Part shown: positions 38,183 through 50,755 of the stretch, piece after piece | Layout: each line of letters opens with the position of its first letter | How positions within the stretch are numbered: position 1 is the stretch's first letter | Origin: Macrostomum lignano | Taxonomy: Eukaryota | DNA: 64,000 nucleotides | Assembly (NCBI GenBank): GCA_002269645.1 | Contig: NIVC01001996.1 | Location: 32,033-96,032 of the forward strand | Reading direction: 5' to 3' | Translations under genes and position numbers: made by a program | Notes under the pieces: model-generated | Databases searched by the model: none | What the model was told of the DNA's origin: nothing | What the model saw: only the letters and a program-made list of their open reading frames with translations

Positions 38183-40946
38183 TTAAATTAAGCCTCTATG
38201 CTCGCAATCCACAGCTACATCACCGTTTCCAATGTCTCCTCGACTGCCGTTGTCTCCAGTCTGCTTCTGGGCATCCCGCTGCTGTTGCTCCTGCTGCTTC
38301 TGCAAATGGTCCAATTCTCTATGTAGAAATAAGCGCAGCCGCTCCAGGTACTGCGGGAACAGTTCGATATCGTTGTGCCCGGCGCCTTCGATCCACAGCG
38401 GCTCAACAGCCGGCTGCGGCAGCCGCTCGTGAAGGGCGAGGCCGTGAGCAAAATCAATCACCTCGTCCTCGGTGCCGTGAATGATGAGGCAGGGCGAACG
38501 GATTCTGGGCGCCTTCTCGATACTGCGGGCCGATTGTGAAAGTTTTAGTTAGTACACGTGCACTTTAAGTTCAAGTACTTTTAGTTCATATGTACTTCTA
38601 AATAAAAGTACACGCGCAATTTTTAAGCCAGAATTTGCACATTGATCTAACAAAAGTACACGGTGCAGTTTTATTGATTATAGCATGTCACTGCCAAGGA
38701 CAGCGAATTACTGTCTAAATCTAGGACACTATAACTACAAACTTCGCCCGTAACTATGATGAACAAAGAAAGACCATACGGTCGTATATAAGATAGCGAA
38801 AGCGGCTTCAGTGAGGCGTCATTGATCTTGCCTTCTAAGCCCAGTTATTAAGCGGAAAGAGCTGTCTAGCTAGATTATAGGCATAGAGAAGACGGCTAAC
38901 AAGTATGATGAATTTAAAATGACATGCAGACTTGCAAAGTGCACTACATACGACTGTTTCAAAAATTTATATCGGATAGCAGTCTGATCCGTGATAATCC
39001 ACTATACTAAAAATGCTTTTTTCACATTACACAAGCAAGATAAGCCTGAACAAGGGGCTCGAAAGAACATTAAAAATGCGTTTTAACACTACAATTTAAG
39101 GACACGTACAGACCCTGAAGCCACATCATCTAAAGCCACAGCCCCCGAAACCACATCCCCTGAAGCCACAGCAACTGAAACCACCCACGGCCCTGAGCCA
39201 CAGCTCCTGAAGCTACAGCAACTGAAAGCCGCAGCACCTGAATCCACATCCCCTGAAGCCACATCCCCTGAAGCCACATCCCCTGAAGCCACACACGGCC
39301 CTGAGGCACATCCCCTGAAGCCACAGCCCCTGAAGCAACAGTCCCTGAAGCCACAGCCCCCGAAACCACATCCCTTCAAGCCACATCCCCTTTCCCCTGA
39401 AGCCACAGCCTTTGAAAGCCGCAGCACCTGAAGCCACACCCCTGAAGCCACAGCCCCCGCAACCACATTCCTTCAAGCCACATCCCCTGAAGCCACAGCC
39501 CCCGAAACCACAGCCCTTGAAAGCCGCAGCACCTGAAGCCACACCCCTGAAGCCACAGCAGCTGAAGCCACATCCCCTGAAGCCATAGTCCCCTGAAGCC
39601 ACACCCCTGAAGCCACAGTCCCCTGAAGCCACATCCCTTCAAGCCACATCCCTTCAAGCCACAGCCCCTAAAGCCACATTACCTGAAGCCACATCCCTTC
39701 AAGCAATAGCCCCTGAACCACATCCATTGAAGCCACATTCCCTGAAGCCACAGCCCTTGAAAGCCGCAGCATCTGAAGCCACACCCCTGAAGCCACAGCA
39801 GCTGAAGCCACATCCCCTGAAGCCATAGTCTCCTGAAGCCACACCCCTGAAGCCACAGTCCCCTGAAGCCACATCCCCTGAAGCCACACACGGCCCTGAG
39901 GCACATCCCCTGAAGCCACAGCCCCCGAAACCACATCCCTTCAAGCCACATCCCTTCAAGCCACATCCCTTCAAGCCACATCCCTTCAAGCCACAGCCCC
40001 TAAAGCCACATCCCCTAAAGCCACATTCCCTGAAGCCACATCCCTTCAAGCCATAGCCCCTGAACCACATCCCTTGAAGCCACATCCCCTTAAGCCACGT
40101 CCCCTGAACCACATCCCTTGAAGCCACATCCCCTGAAGCCACAGCCCTTGAAAGCCGCAGCACCTGAAGCCACACCCCTGAAGCTACAGTCCCCTGAAGC
40201 CACAGCAGCTGAAGCCACATCCCTTCAAGCCACAGCCCCTGAACAACGGCCAGAGCAGCTCACTTGGGAAAGGCATCGAAGAACCATGTCCGGCTCGTGT
40301 CTGGAAAAGCCACCCTCAGTCCGGACAGCAGCGGGCTGTGCAGCACAATTCCTGCAGGGTTGACCCGGGTGGCCAAATCCATAGTTGGCACTGTGCCAAT
40401 GGACTGGCCATAGAGTACAATCTCTCCTGGGGACAGATTGTACCTGCCAATCAACTGTTGCCAGGCGCAGTCAATATCGGCATACAGATTCTTCTCGAGC
40501 GGCCGGCCAGTGCTGGCCCCGTAGCCTGAGTAGTCGTAGCTGAACACGTTCATATTGATCCGTCTAGCCAGGCCAATTAAAAAGCTACTAATCTGACCCA
40601 AATCCACGGCGTTACCGTGAGAGAAGAGCAGGGTGTACTTTGATCTGGCGTGCGCCCCGGCGCTTACCATCATACAAGCTATTGTGCTGCCATTCGCTGT
40701 GGTGGCCAGAAATGCGTCTAGAAATCGGGATTTATCCTCGTTGGAGAATTGGAACTCGGCTCGGTCGCTCAGGTGCAATTGAAAGGCAGGCGAGGCGACC
40801 CCGTGACGATCTGCTGCCGAGGCAGTTGCGCCAGCGCTGGCCACAAGAGAATAAGTTGGCTCGGGCGGCAGGAAGGCCAATTTAGCGGCAATGCGGGATG
40901 GCAAAGGCGGCCAGCAGAACAGGCAGCAAAGATCCGCGCAAGACAT
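38183..40946 (-). CDS. ABHD17: ABHD17-family alpha/beta hydrolase, paralog B, 340 aa
   Basis: Exons 40946-40264 and 38522-38183, same intron position and phase as paralog [51 protein letters not shown]. Confidence 0.92.
39110..40240. repeat. gaagccacatcccct-type minisatellite in the paralog B intron
   Basis: Directly visible. Confidence 0.95.
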
Positions 40947-41080
40947 GCTTTGTAGTTAATTCCTCGGCTCTATATCGTATATATAATATTATCTTTTATC
41001 CACCTCTTGCTGCACAACTGAACTGGAATAAAACAGTAAAAATCAGGCCAATTTAAGGTCATGTTTTCTACATGTAGATG

Positions 41081-41256
41081 GACTGGTAGCGTCGCCACAC
41101 ACACAGCCTCAATTACCCCAGCTAATGCTGGCATCCATTTTACAGCTGGGTGAACTGAGCAAGTGTCTCGCTCAAGGACACAAACTGTACCAGTGGGATT
41201 GGGAATTGAAACTCCAACCTTTAACTGTTGACTCTAATGCCCTAACCACTAGGCTA
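41081..41256 (-). mobile_element. tRNA-derived CORE-type SINE
   Basis: Reverse complement reads tagcctagtggttagggc (A-box), ggagtttcaattcc (B-box-like), then cagttcacccagctgtaaaatggatgccagcattagctggggtaattgaggctgtgtgtgtggcgac, nearly identical to 4730-4800. Confidence 0.75.
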
Positions 41257-41559
41257 GGCAACAATCCTCTCATTGATACTTACTATCAATATTACAAGCT
41301 GATAGTAGTAATAAAATATTATTAGTCTGTCTAAAATTAATTTGAAACTTTCAACTAATGAATTAGAAATAATTAGGATTTACTAAAGCTATTTATGCAA
41401 AGAATTTAGCATTTAGTAAAGTAATACAATCTAGTGCGGCCCCCCTTCGGGGCGCCCAATAAGCACGGAGCAAAAATAGTTAATTGAAAACAATTAAAAA
41501 AGCACATTTTCTTAAACACCAATTCCTTATTGACTTTTAAATATTCCAAAGACAGCAAG

Positions 41560-42090
41560 CATCCCTCCAGATAGCAAGCACCCCCTCCAAAAGTAAGCAA
41601 CCGCAGATAGCAAGCATCCCCTAATACTCGTAGCAAGCATCCACCCAGATAGCGAGCATCCTGCAGACAGCAAGCATTTCCCAAATATTGTAGAATAATC
41701 CACCCAGATAGCAAGCATCCCCCAAATATTGTAGAAGCATCCACCCAGATAGCAAGCATCCCCCAAATATTGTAGAAGCATCCACCCAGATAACAAGCAT
41801 CTGCAGATAGCAAGCATCCCCCAAACTTTGTAGAAGCATCCAGCTAGATAGCAAGCATCCCCCAAATATTGTAGAAGCATCCACCCAGACAGCAAGCATC
41901 CCCCAGACAGCAAGCATCCCCCAGATAGCAAGCATCCACCCAGACAGCAAGCATCCTGCAGATACCAAGCACCCCCCCAGATATTGTAGAAGCATCCACC
42001 TAGACAGCAAGCATCCCCCAGATAGCAAGCATCCACCCAGTTAGCAAGAATCCATAAAAAGCAAGCATCCCTAGATAGAAAGAATCCCAT
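41560..42090. repeat. Degenerate agatagcaagcatcccc repeat
   Basis: Directly visible. Confidence 0.85.
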
Positions 42091-42104
42091 ACATGTAGCC
42101 AAGC

Positions 42105-43715
42105 TTATCAAGCGCAGTAATCCTTTGTTTGCCAAGCGCAGTAATCCTTGGTTTATCAAGTGCAATAAACCTTGGTTTATCAAGTGCAGTAATCTTTGGC
42201 TTATCAAGTGCAATAATCCTTGGTTTATCAAGCGCAGTAATCCTTGGCTTATCGAGTGCAATAATCCTTCCTTTATCAAGTGCAGAAATCCTTGGTTAAT
42301 CAAGTACAGTAAGCCTTGGTCTAACAAGTGCAGTAAGTCTTGGTTTATCAAGTGCAGTAATCCTTGGTTTATCAAGTGCAGTAACTCTTGGTTAATCAAG
42401 TGCAGTAATCCTTGGCTTATCAAGTGCAGTAAGTTCTGGCCTATCGAATGCAGAAATCCTTGGTTTATCAAGTGCAGTAAGTCTTGGTTTATCAAGTGCA
42501 ATAATCCTTGGCTTATCAAGTGCAGTAATCCTTTGTTTATCAAGCGCAGTAGTCCTTGGTTTATCAAGTGCAGTAATCCTTGGTTTATAAAGTGCCGTAA
42601 GTCTTGGTTTATCCAGTGAAGTAATCATTAGTTTATCAAGTGCAATAAGTATTGGTTTATCAAGTGCAGAAATCCTTGGCTTATCAAGTGCAATAATCCT
42701 TGGTTTATCAAGTGCAATGATCCTTGGTTTATCAAGTGCAGTAATCCTTGGCTTATCAAGTGCAATAATCCTTGGTTTATCAAGAGCAGTAAGTTCTGGA
42801 CTATCAAGTGCAATAATCCTTGGTTTATCAAGCGCAGTAGTCCTTGGTTTATCAAGCGCAGTAATCCTTGGCTTATTGAGCGCAATAATCCTTGGTTTAT
42901 CAAGTGCAATAATCCTTGATTTATCAAGCGCAGTAATCTTTGGCTTATCAAGTGCAATAATCCTTGGTTTATCAAGTGCAGTAAGGGGGTTTATCAAGTG
43001 CAGTAAGTTCTGGTCTATCAAGTGCAATAATCCTTGGTCTATCAAGTGCAATGATCCTTGGTTTATCAAGTGCAGTAATCCTTGGCTTATCAAGTGCAGT
43101 AATCCTTGGTTTATCAAGTGCAATAATCCTTGGTTTATCAAGCGCAGTAATCTTTGGCTTATCAAGTGCAATAATCCTTGGTTTATCAAGCGCAGTAATC
43201 CTTGGCTTACCGAGTGCAATAATCCTTGGCTTATCAAGTGCAATAATCCTTGGCTTATCAAGTGCAATAATCCTTGGCTTATCAAGTGCAATAATCCTTG
43301 GTTTATCAAGTGCAGTAATCCTTGGCCTATCAAGTGCAATAATCCTTGGTTTATCAAGTGCAATAATCCTTGGTTTATCAAGTGCAATAATCCTTGGTTT
43401 ATCAAGTGCAATAATCCTTGGCTTATCAAGTGCAATAATCCTTGGCCTATCAAGTGCAATAATCCTTGGTTTATCAAGCGCAATAATCCTTGGCTTATCA
43501 AGTGCAATAATCCTTGGTTTATCAAGTGCAGTAATCCTTGGCCTATCAAGTGCAATAATCCTTGGTTTATCAAGTGCAATAATCCTTGGTTTATCAAGTG
43601 CAATAGTCCTTGGCTTATCAGGTGCAATAATCCTTGGCTTATCAAGTGCAATAATCCTTGGCCTATCAAGTGCAATAATCCTTGGTTTATCAAGTGCAAT
43701 AATCCTTGGTTTACA
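42105..43715. repeat. 21-bp minisatellite (ttatcaagtgcaataatccttgg-like)
   Basis: Directly visible. Confidence 0.97.
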
Positions 43716-46600
43716 ATCCATAACCTAGGTCTTTTTAATTAGTTTTTTAATAAAAGCTTTCAATAAAAAATTTATGCTACTTTTATTCTTTTATACACTA
43801 CTAAGATTCGAACCCAGGTAGCTGCATTAGCAGTCCAGTTTGTTTACATCTAGGGTAGCTCTCATTGAAATTATAAATGAATTTGTAGCACTTATAATTC
43901 AACACTCACACCAAGTCAATTGAGTAAAAGTTACACAAGGCAGTTATGACATAATCAATTTCTTAGGCAAGTCAGTACCAGTGTCTATGAAAGTTAACAA
44001 TATGGTTACGTAATATAAATTCAGTACTACGCTATGCTTTCACACTCAAAGCTGTGACGCAATTCAATTGAGTGTCAAATTCAGCCAGTACACAGACGAT
44101 AAATAAAGTGTATTGTGATGCAATCTATTTCAGAATCAGAATTCAACCAGTCAGTTTTTCTGCTAGCATTCTTACAATGCATTTCAAGTTGAAATAGCTG
44201 CTTGACCTTTGCAAAAAAGCATGTTTTTCGAATATTTAATCCCTTTAATATTGAGCAATTTTTTAGCCAAGATGCATGTACCGTCACAGAAAAATTTCTG
44301 ATTGAACAGTGCAAGTTCGAACAAAATCGGTTGAGCCGTTTTTGCTAAAATCGATCACACACACACACATATACCGACAGACCATTTTTAGTATATTGGA
44401 AGATTTACTATAAAAAATCACATTAAAGGCTTAAGCTTTCTTATTAAACACAGAATTTACCAAAAAAACTTTAGGTTTTCAATTTTTCTAGGTAGTGGAT
44501 AATTAGATATAATTAGATAAAACTAAGTCCCATATTTGAGTTGCATCATTGGTCACAACTAGGGTTTAAGTGTGTTACTCATGCTTGGGCGCAACCTTGG
44601 GATTCACTCGGCCGTTTCTATTGGCAACATACACATGTAAGTCGCTATTGGACGGAATAGTAGTCACGTGACTGCTCTCAGCCAATAGTGACTAACATGT
44701 GTGTGTTGCCAATATACACGGCCAGGTGATTCCCAAAGTTGCGCATGTATAGTGTTACTCACTAATTTGAATGGCAGCCAATCGACATGCAAACCAGACT
44801 CTGGAAGGTTACATATATGCCAGAAAACTCCTGTGTACAAATGACCCCTTTCAAAGTTAGCATACAAATTTCAGCATACAAATCCCTATTAGAATAAATT
44901 CTGAAAATTTGTGGATACATATAAAGGGTCCAAGGGGTGCCAAGGAGTCAGTCTCCAATGTAAAAGGCCATGTCAATGGGTCACTTTAAAAGTCACTCAC
45001 ACAAGTGGTCACAAATAGCATAGTGCCAACTTTTAACTCCTGCCTGGCAGAAAATGCGCCACACTGCAAGGTCATTTTGAAAATATGCCAGACAGTTGTC
45101 TGCTTTTTAGCAACTTTTTCCAATAGAAATACAAATTCATGCCATGCATTAAGATTTTAATTTAAATTAACATTTTATAGAAAAAAAGAAAAATATGTAA
45201 ACACTATACCTATAAAGTCAATGATGAAATTTTTGCTTTTTTTACAATGAACATTAAAAAATAGACCCTAGTGAAAATTACTGCTAAAAACTTTAATTAT
45301 ACATTATTATTTTTAGAGGTATAATTTAATATTTGTTGAAAATAAGAACATTTCTTGTAGGTGAGCACAGTTGGCATGTATCACTCCTAAGAAAATAGTG
45401 TGCATACATATCTGGTATGCACCTTATAGAATCACATGGAAGAGTTAGTGTTAAGTGAAAAAAAGATGGAAAGAGTTTTAAACATAAATTTCAAGCTTTC
45501 TAGTTTTTTAAGCTTGTAATAAGGCATTTAAATAAATATTTGCATGTATCAACTTTTTGCCATAAATAGTATCAGCAAAAAAGCTAAAATTCAACCAAAT
45601 TATCAGCTAAAAGGGTCCCTTACACAATGCTATAAAGGTTCTTTATTGTTTCAAAATAAAAATGGTCCTTTATTATTGCAACATTGGCATAGATTTGAGA
45701 GTGAGTATGCATTCAAAATGTTTTTGTGAGCATTTGTAAGTATTTAATTTTTGTTTGGACATGCACTTAGCATAATCTAGAATATAGCATTCATTTGGCT
45801 AAGATAGGATTCTTGTTTTAGCATATAGTAGACCCTGGCATGCAAACTCTTATATCAGATATTTGTTACATTACTAATATAATTACTTACTTTGTATAAT
45901 ATAATATACAATAATTTAAATAAAGATTGATATAAAGAATAAAATAGATCACAAGAAATAAATAATACTTTTGACTATAACTAACTTTTAAATGTATACC
46001 CAAACAAAATTTTAAGAGTTTACAAATACACAGCAAAAAAATTCAGTATATGCCCACACTTTTAAAATCTTCTTGTTTACTATTATCCTTCTTGTCTACT
46101 ATTATATTTACAGTAGAAAATCAATATGCACAAACTTTTGTTGTAATACATTATTAATGAGCTTAAAAGCCAAAAAGTTTGAAATCTATGCTAAAATATA
46201 AACATTTTCAATCTTTTTCCCCTTAACACTAACTCTTCCAATTCTATGAAGTGCACACCAGGTGTACACATATACTATTTTTAAGAGTTATGTATACCAA
46301 TTGTACACACCTAAATTTAAGTGCACAAGGCCACTGCACATCCAAATTTTTGGGCATTTACTACATGATCCAGAGTATGGATTTGTACTAACAGTAATGC
46401 ACTATAATATATATATATATATATCATTTGCATACAAAAAATGCTTTCTTTAATTCAAGAACTCTTTAAGATTACAAAAAGATTGTATCTCAAAGAACAA
46501 AAGTTATTTTTTGCAAGGTAGCAAGTATTGGATTCTAATAGGCCTTGGCTTACCTTTTAGTCTATATTCTCCTTGGCTTTGTTGTCATATTCACTTTTAT

Positions 46601-46957
46601 CATACATGCCCAACCTCAAAATTTCACCTGTCTGGTGTGACTTAGTTTTGTCCAGATTTGTGACTTAGTTCCTCTTGATTGCAACTTAGCTCTTCCTAAT
46701 TGCGACTTAGCTCCTCCCAATTGTGAATTAGTTCCCCTGATTATGACTTAATTTTCACTTTGTATGACTTTTCTTGCCTTTTTCTCTTTTTATTTCTCTT
46801 TCCTCTTTTTCTTCTTCCTCCTTTTTTCTTTTTTTCTTCTTTTTTTCTTCTCTTAATTTTTCATTTTTTATTTATTTTTGATTTTGTGACTTACCTTGTC
46901 TGGTGGCCATTTCACCCGTCTAGTTTGGATAGGTTGGACAAGTGTTGGGCATGTATG
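46601..46957. mobile_element. MITE-like element with perfect 14-bp TIRs (catacatgcccaac / gttgggcatgtatg)
   Basis: TIRs at 46601-46614 and 46944-46957; the interior is homologous to 62277-62592. Confidence 0.75.
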
Positions 46958-47245
46958 TTTTATCATATAGGGGCCCTAAGAACAAGATAACAAAGTGACA
47001 AGGAGCAAAGTAGTCTTGCAAACCAGACTTTGGAAGGCTACATGCATGCTGGAAAATTCTAGGCCTAGCATTCAAAACACCCCTTTCAAAGTTGGCTTAG
47101 GCCCTACAAATTTTGGCATACAATTTCATGCAAATATTTTTGGCATACAAATTATGGCATACAAATTAATGGCATTTTTGCATACCAATTTTGGTGAATA
47201 AATTCATGCTAAGCATAAATATTATAGTGTAAAAAATGTTTTTAT

Positions 47246-47708
47246 AAGGCAGTTGTTATTTGTCCCGTGACCAGATAAATAGCCATTTTACTATTTGTCT
47301 AGTCAAATTGCTAACTATTAATATTGCTATTTGTTTTGTGATGAATATTCTAGATTTTTAAGACCTTTTCATGTATACTGATTAATATTTTGTTGTATAC
47401 TAGTGTATATATAAGAAAGCAATGTACTCAATTCGACATAATTTGGTGTATAAGACATACACTAGTATAAAAACAATAATCAAGATACAAGTAAGAAGTC
47501 TTTGAAGTCTAGGAATATTCACCCTTGTAGTTTCTATAAAATAGATATTTTAGCATTATCAATTTAACTAGACAAAAATTAAAAAGCCTATTTGTCTGGT
47601 ATTAACCAGATGAAAGGGAAAGCATGGCCATTATCCAGTAACTGCTACTGGACAAATAACCACATTGCTATTTGTATTGTCTGTCACTAGACAAATAAAA
47701 ACTGCCTT
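47246..47708. mobile_element. MITE-like element with imperfect TIRs, flanked by tat on both sides
   Basis: aaggcagttgttatttgtcccgtgac at the left versus gtcactagacaaataaaaactgcctt at the right; internal (at)ttgtct(a/g)g / ctagacaaa motifs. Confidence 0.55.
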
Positions 47709-47849
47709 TATATAAAAAAAGAAAAATTTGTATAGTCTAAAAAGTAAGAAACTTTTTGCTTTTTAAAAATTAACATTAAATAATATTAGTGTCAATTGTT
47801 GCTTAGAATGTAAATTTTTCATCATTTTTTCTATAGCCATAGGTGTAAT

Positions 47850-48446
47850 CACGAGTATAAATTTGGCCGTCAACTTTTACATCAACTTTTCCATCAACTT
47901 TTCCATTAACTATTCCGTCAAGTCATTGTTCATTCCAATAATTTTTTTTGTTAACTCTTCCGTCAACATCTCCGTTCACTATTCTGTCAACTTTTTCGCC
48001 AAATATCTCATGCTTTAAATTTGTTGAGAGTATACACATGTATGTACATGTATAAATTCTAAAAAAAAAACACACGCAAAAATTTCCAGTGCGACATGTT
48101 CCAGAATTTAATTGGTATTGCTGCACTACCTGCACTACAACATCTGCACTTGTTCATCGATTTATCTTTGTGAAATGAAGTGCTGGTACTAGAGAAAATG
48201 GAAAAAATAATTATGCATGTTGTTACTAACGCAGGCTTGTTTTTTCATTGACATATTTAAGCATGCAAACACAATAAATGATCAAAGAGCTACTCGCATG
48301 ATGATCCTATTTGAGAAAGTCACATATGTTTTTTTTAGAACAATAAATTGTTGACAGAAAATTTGACAGAATACTTGACAGAAAAGTTAACGGAAAATTT
48401 GGCGGAAAAGTTAACAGAAAAGTTGACGGCCAAAGTTATACTTGTG
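47850..48446. mobile_element. Non-autonomous DNA transposon with CAC..GTG termini and ~12-bp subterminal repeats (CMC/CACTA-like, inferred)
   Basis: cacgagtataaatttggccgtcaactttt versus aaaagttgacggccaaagttatacttgtg; tandem aacttttccatc / gaaaagttaac(a/g) motifs inside each end. No clean TSD seen. Confidence 0.6.
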
Positions 48447-50755
48447 TATAATCTAAGTTTGTTTAATATGAAAATACTAGTAATATTTTATTTTTAAAGA
48501 CTTTTTATACAAAAGCCTTTTTAGGAAACTCTACTTGTGAAAAACAAATGACCTTTTTAGGAAGAATTTTTGGCATAGCCATACATTTTAGGGAATTTTT
48601 TTTGGCGTATACTAGTATATATTTAACTAAGATAGGATTCTTGTTTTAGTCTACACTAACACTACTACACAATCTAGACCCTGACTTGCAAATACTTTAC
48701 TAATGACTGGATAGCCTAACTATAATACTTTGTTTGGTAACATAGCATATAGATATAGTATAGAAATTTGATAAAAATTCACACAAACAAAAACAGAAAC
48801 CTAGAGTCTAGACACTTTCTACTTTTTTGGTTCCAGCTTCTAGTGAGAGAAGTAATTAATAGATAGGCCTAGAAGAAGCCATCATGTGAGTATTAACTGA
48901 ATGAAAGTTTATCTTCTGCATCTGCACACGTGCACCAAAGGCCTGGGTTCTCATTGGTTCACAATAAATGCATTATGTCAATTGTCAGTGCAAAACAAAT
49001 GTTGCAAGGAATTCTAATGAGCATACTATATTTTTTGATATACCATATAGAGTATAGACTGACAGTATACATATTGAACTTCGTGAAAAAGAATATAATG
49101 GTAATAAAATTTAATCGAAAACTGCAAAATTATATGAAGGAACTAACTAGGCCTGGACCTGATAAATGCCGTAATTACAACTAGGCCTACAAGACTCAAA
49201 AGGCTATTATAAATGAAAAACTGAACGCCTTACTTAGATATTATTATCAGGTACTTCTCTGTTTTATAAGCAGTAATACAAGTTAGGAAAGGTTTTTTCA
49301 GGACAGTCGCCAACTAAAAAATCAGTCAAGCAGCTCTGAATCTGATATTTGCAGAACCAACCTGGCCTCGACGGCGTTGGTCACTTTTTCTTTCCGTTTC
49401 CTATAATTTCTTAGAACATGTTATTTTTAATCTTTTGCTTTAACATTTTAACACAAAAGTCATTTAAAAAACACACTATATTACGAAATTTAACCACAAC
49501 ATCAATCGATGAATATAAAATTTTAAGAGGAGTGGATAGGCTAATATCGAAAAATAGGACGCTGTAAAACGGGGTACCATCAGTGTCTGGGCGCTTGAAC
49601 GAAGTAACTTCTAATTACTGCTGAATAATCTAGCTAAGAAAGCTTGTCCTTGGCTACATGTAAGTTTCTAACTGATTTGTACACACGTTTTACAGGACAG
49701 GTGCCATAAAATGCACAACCCATATTCAATAGCTTTAGTTAACTTACTAAGTTACTATGGAAAATCTTGATAGCCATTCAATTGTTAGACTGTTGCTTTA
49801 TAGATACATGTACTTAGTTACACAGTAAACTTAAATGACTTAGAATCCGTACTTGGTAGGATTTTGAAAAAAAGGTTTGAGCCTAGTTGAAATAATACAA
49901 ACTGAAACAAAGCAACATTATTTAACGTATTATAATATAATTTTTTAGCACCAACTGGTTAAATTTTATTCGTAAAACGAGCATTCATGTACAAATACAG
50001 CAGTGATATAAGCAAAGGGTGACTACCACCAGTAATATTGTTACCTATTATTATTATTATTAAAAACTAATTTTAAAACTTTTGTTATTAAAAACTAGAT
50101 ACTAAGAAGACGGAAGAATAATTAGCCAACAACAGCGCCCTATACCTGATCTGAAGAAGTCAGAATGGATGGCTTAACACAGATAAGGGTATAGTATTCT
50201 TATAATGAGCTGGATATGGTGTCTTATAATTACAGTAATAACAGCCGCAAACATACTACTTTATGTTTTAGTACTCTGAAAATTGTTTTACACTGAGTGC
50301 ATATAGAGCAACATAACAGATACGCTCGTAATTAATGAATAGAATATTTTATTAACAAATACACACATAAACGCGAGAACAATGAACTTACAGTAATTAT
50401 AATATTAAAACCAAACTAATAAAAATAGAAAGATTTTATTAAAATAAACACATACATTGCGACAACCTTCTTCCAAAAGTGGACTTTATAAAGGCCACTC
50501 GGCATACTGTGTGTGTGAACTACCTTTAGTAGTAGTTTAATCATATTAGTCTTCTATTAGTCTAAGCATATTTTAAAACGTATTTCACAAAAATAGTTCA
50601 GCACACACTGAGCATACTACTCAATTAATATAGTAGTTGACTCTACGAGTTACTATAAGCTGTATAGCAACTTCTGCGTATTATAAACCAGTCACTTTGA
50701 CTTAAGCAGCGCTAGCCTGTGTTAAAAAGAGTAGAATCAACAGTTCCAACCAGAA

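Noticed and set aside
39089-40220. GCGFRGCG Cys/Gly-rich ORFs
   Set aside because: Minisatellite inside the ABHD17 paralog B intron.
41527-43742. LLHLINQG and PRIIALDK ORFs resembling leucine-rich repeats
   Set aside because: 21-bp DNA-level tandem repeat, open in multiple frames on both strands.
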